Assembly (NCBI GenBank): GCA_037441475.1
Contig: JBBISB010000002.1
Coordinates: 60,001-92,000, forward strand
Source: Candidatus Iainarchaeum sp.
GTDB taxonomy: Archaea > Iainarchaeota > Iainarchaeia > Iainarchaeales > CSSED10-239
Direction of reading: 5' to 3'
DNA length: 32,000 nt
Shown: in pieces, positions 29,651 through 32,000 of the stretch
How positions within the stretch are numbered: position 1 is the stretch's first letter
How the letters are laid out: each line of letters opens with the position of its first letter
Notes under the pieces: generated by a model
The model's database searches: none
What the model was told of the DNA's origin: nothing
The model's input: only the letters and a program-made list of their open reading frames with translations
Position numbers and translations under genes: made by a program

Positions 29651-29679
29651 AATATCATATATTTTATTTATATGATATT
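29651..29679. promoter_or_regulatory. Perfect 11-bp inverted repeat upstream of disA
   Basis: aatatcatata - ttttatt - tatatgatatt, 57-85 bp upstream of the disA start codon. Confidence 0.4.
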
Positions 29680-29826
29680 ATAGTTGTGCAAATTATTTAA
29701 AAAGAGATGTTGTTTATTTTATAAGTTATCTTTCTTGAAAGAAGTTGTTTTTTTTTTAAAAAAGTAATTTAAGGTGATCTTTTGTAGAAAACTCATGCTT
29801 ATAAAAAAACTAAAAATTAATATAAA

Positions 29827-31065
29827 CTAACTTATTTTTTTAAAAAAAACATAAAAGTTTAAAAAAGAAAGAAAAGAAATGTTAGTGTTAAAATATTTCT
29901 TAGACTCATTTAAATTATCTGTAAATAAAAAACCCTCTTTAGGATTATACTTTTCAATAAAGCTTAAATAGGATCTTGAAATGTTTGTTTGTTTAAGAGA
30001 ATTTTTAACCTCTAAAGGATATATAGAAAATCCTTTTTCAATAATGAAATCAACTTCAGCACCATTATTAGTTCTCCAGTATTTTGGTTCAATAGATTTT
30101 TTAATTAATTCAGAGAAAATAAAATTTTCTTTTATAAAACCAATATCACTACCTTCTAGAGAAAAAGTATCTAATATAGCATTTCTTAGGCCTATATCAT
30201 AGAAATATATTTTTTTACTTTTAATTAATTCAGTTCTTTTATTTTTATAAAAAGGATGTATTTCTTTGCAAATATATGTTTTATTTAATAGATTCATTAT
30301 CTTCTTTAAAACAGGATAATCTAAGTTACTTAATGTAGAAAGCTCTTTATAATTTATGATATTTCCTGTTTGTAAAGATAGAGCTTTAATTAAATAATTT
30401 AATTTGAAATCATCTGCTAAGTTTGAAATATTTTGAACATCTCTTAGAGCATATGTATAATATATATCTTTTAATAACTTTATTTTAACATCTTTTTTTT
30501 CCTCTAAAACAACTCTTGGATATCCTCCAAAAAGTAAAAACTCTTCAAAATAAGGTTTTAATAATTTGAAATAAACATCAGCATTATCTGTTGTTTTATA
30601 AAGAATTGAAAGGTTTTTATCCTTTGCTAAAAGAAATTCATAAAAGGAAAAGGAATATAATTCAAAAATATTTACTCTTCCTACAAGGTATTTTAAACTT
30701 TGAATAGATAGATCTATACTTGAAGAACTAGTTATTATTATTTTAACTTTATTTTTGTGTAAATCATATATGTACTTTAATATCTTTCCTGAATCCTTAG
30801 CATAATGAATTTCATCAATAAAAAGTATATCTGTTCCTTGGATGTATAGTTTAATAAATTCATCTGTGTTGTTTACAAAAAGATCTTTAATATTTAGGTT
30901 ATTAAAACTTATTTGAATTATTTTTTTATTTGAAATACCACTTAGTATATGCTCTATCATTGTGGTTTTACCAACTTGTCTTGCACCCATTACTGCTATA
31001 ATCTCAGGAGTTGATAAAAAGTTTAATAATGTAAATTCTAGATCTCTAGGGATATATTGGTCCAT
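29827..31065 (-). CDS. AAA-family ATPase with DUF4143 domain
   Basis: Walker A AVMGARQVGKTT, Walker B DILFIDEIHYA, GRVNIFELYSFSFYEFL, C-terminal NNGAEVDFIIEKG...LEVKNS nuclease-like DUF4143 core. Confidence 0.92.
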   Translation of the reverse strand: MDQYIPRDLEFTLLNFLSTPEIIAVMGARQVGKTTMIEHILSGISNKKIIQISFNNLNIKDLFVNNTDEFIKLYIQGTDILFIDEIHYAKDSGKILKYIYDLHKNKVKIIITSSSSIDLSIQSLKYLVGRVNIFELYSFSFYEFLLAKDKNLSILYKTTDNADVYFKLLKPYFEEFLLFGGYPRVVLEEKKDVKIKLLKDIYYTYALRDVQNISNLADDFKLNYLIKALSLQTGNIINYKELSTLSNLDYPVLKKIMNLLNKTYICKEIHPFYKNKRTELIKSKKIYFYDIGLRNAILDTFSLEGSDIGFIKENFIFSELIKKSIEPKYWRTNNGAEVDFIIEKGFSIYPLEVKNSLKQTNISRSYLSFIEKYNPKEGFLFTDNLNESKKYFNTNISFLSFLNFYVFFKKIS

Positions 31066-31258
31066 ATAGATAATTTATACCGAAAAGTATATAAATACCA
31101 ACGGAAAATTTAAAAAAATTAAATAATCCGGCGGTTAAAATTGTAAAAAATTAAATTATTTGGGGGTTGTTTTTTTAAGAAAAAGATAATTTTTTAAAAA
31201 AACATATAAAAAAAGGTTTTATTTTTTAAAAATAAAAGAAAAGAAGATATTTTTTAAA

Positions 31259-32000
31259 TTATCTTCCTAATTTGTTATTAGAGTTTTTATGCTTGATTAC
31301 AAAGTAAGCAATTATTCCTAAAATAACAAGAGCAATTAATATCCATACAGCTAGAGAAATACCTTTTTTACTATCAGTTGTTAAGTCATGAGTATAAGGC
31401 ATAACCTCATCTGTTGGAGGAGTAACTGCATCTGTAGGTGCTTGAACCTCTTGTACTTCTGCAAAAGAAAGAGTGTTTTGCATACTTAAAAACTCTTCTT
31501 CAGTAACTCTTTCATTAATTACAAGGTATATTTATTGTTTGACCTATATCTAAGGATGGAAGAGTAAATTCTATTATTGGGTCATCTAATAATACTCTAA
31601 AAGCATATATTGATGAGATTTGAGAGGCACTCTGTGCTATTTCCTTATGGATAACTTCAACTATCTTAACTTCCTTTAAAGGTTTATTTGAGTTGTTTCT
31701 TACATTTATTGTAAAAGTTGAAGTAAAGCTTTCTTGTCCGGTTTGAGAAACTGTTCTTCTAACTTCAAGATTTCTTTCTATTGTTAAAAGACCATCTTGA
31801 GCAGTTTGCATGTACTCTTGTATTTCATCTTCAGTTAAGTTACTTCCTTGAAGCATTTCTCTTACTTTAGAAGGAGTTACTGTTTCAATTGTTGAAGAAT
31901 AATTTTGAACTGTTGTTTGGTCTTGTGTTGTTGTTCCTGTTGTTGAAGAACCTCCGCTAGAAGAACCTGAAGAACCACCTTCAGAGCCTCCACTTGAGCC
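31259..32000 (-). CDS. Surface protein with Ser/Gly/Thr-rich linker, C-terminal beta domain and TM anchor; frame break near 31525-31535; N-terminus beyond window
   Basis: ORF 31515-31856 stays open to 32000 (SSGGSEGGSSGSSSGGSSTTGTTTQDQTTVQNYSSTIETVTPSKVRE-MLQG). After the break the other frame reads LVINERVTEEEFLS-MQNTLSFAEVQEV and leads into the TM helix of ORF 31259-31483. Confidence 0.7.

Noticed and set aside
29827-31065. DUF4143 ATPase as evidence for a defence or mobile element
   Set aside because: These ATPases are widespread and this one has no defence or transposition partner in the window.

Overview
AT-rich window that looks archaeal and probably DPANN-like. The support is an archaeal-type LeuRS, an archaeal YchF, a Bud23-like methyltransferase and CARDB/S-layer-like exported proteins; this assignment is inference. 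Bases 1 to ~1620 are the 5' half of a 23S rRNA gene on the minus strand, and no 16S gene lies upstream of it. Housekeeping and metabolic genes: ychF, leuS, class II CPD photolyase, ZIP transporter, YgjP/DUF45 metallopeptidase, MscS channel, and a tRNA-Thr(UGU). Also present: a MacB-like ABC cluster with two FtsX-type permeases, tandem paralogous methyltransferases, two related membrane-anchored surface proteins (one with seven exactly 55-residue coiled-coil repeats), and a DUF4143-type ATPase. The most interesting content is nucleotide second-messenger machinery. A long RSH protein with intact-looking (p)ppGpp synthetase and TGS regions but a degenerate HD domain sits in tandem with a compact diadenylate cyclase. 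A second, bacterial-style full-length DisA lies ~22 kb away. Three 20-nt repeat units lie in the RSH leader. Several membrane/surface genes carry in-frame TAA codons or frame breaks (MscS; a cysteine-rich membrane protein; two exported/surface proteins). A degenerate direct repeat of the tRNA-Thr 3' end brackets one unknown ORF, suggesting a small integrated island. No CRISPR array or recognisable defence system was found.
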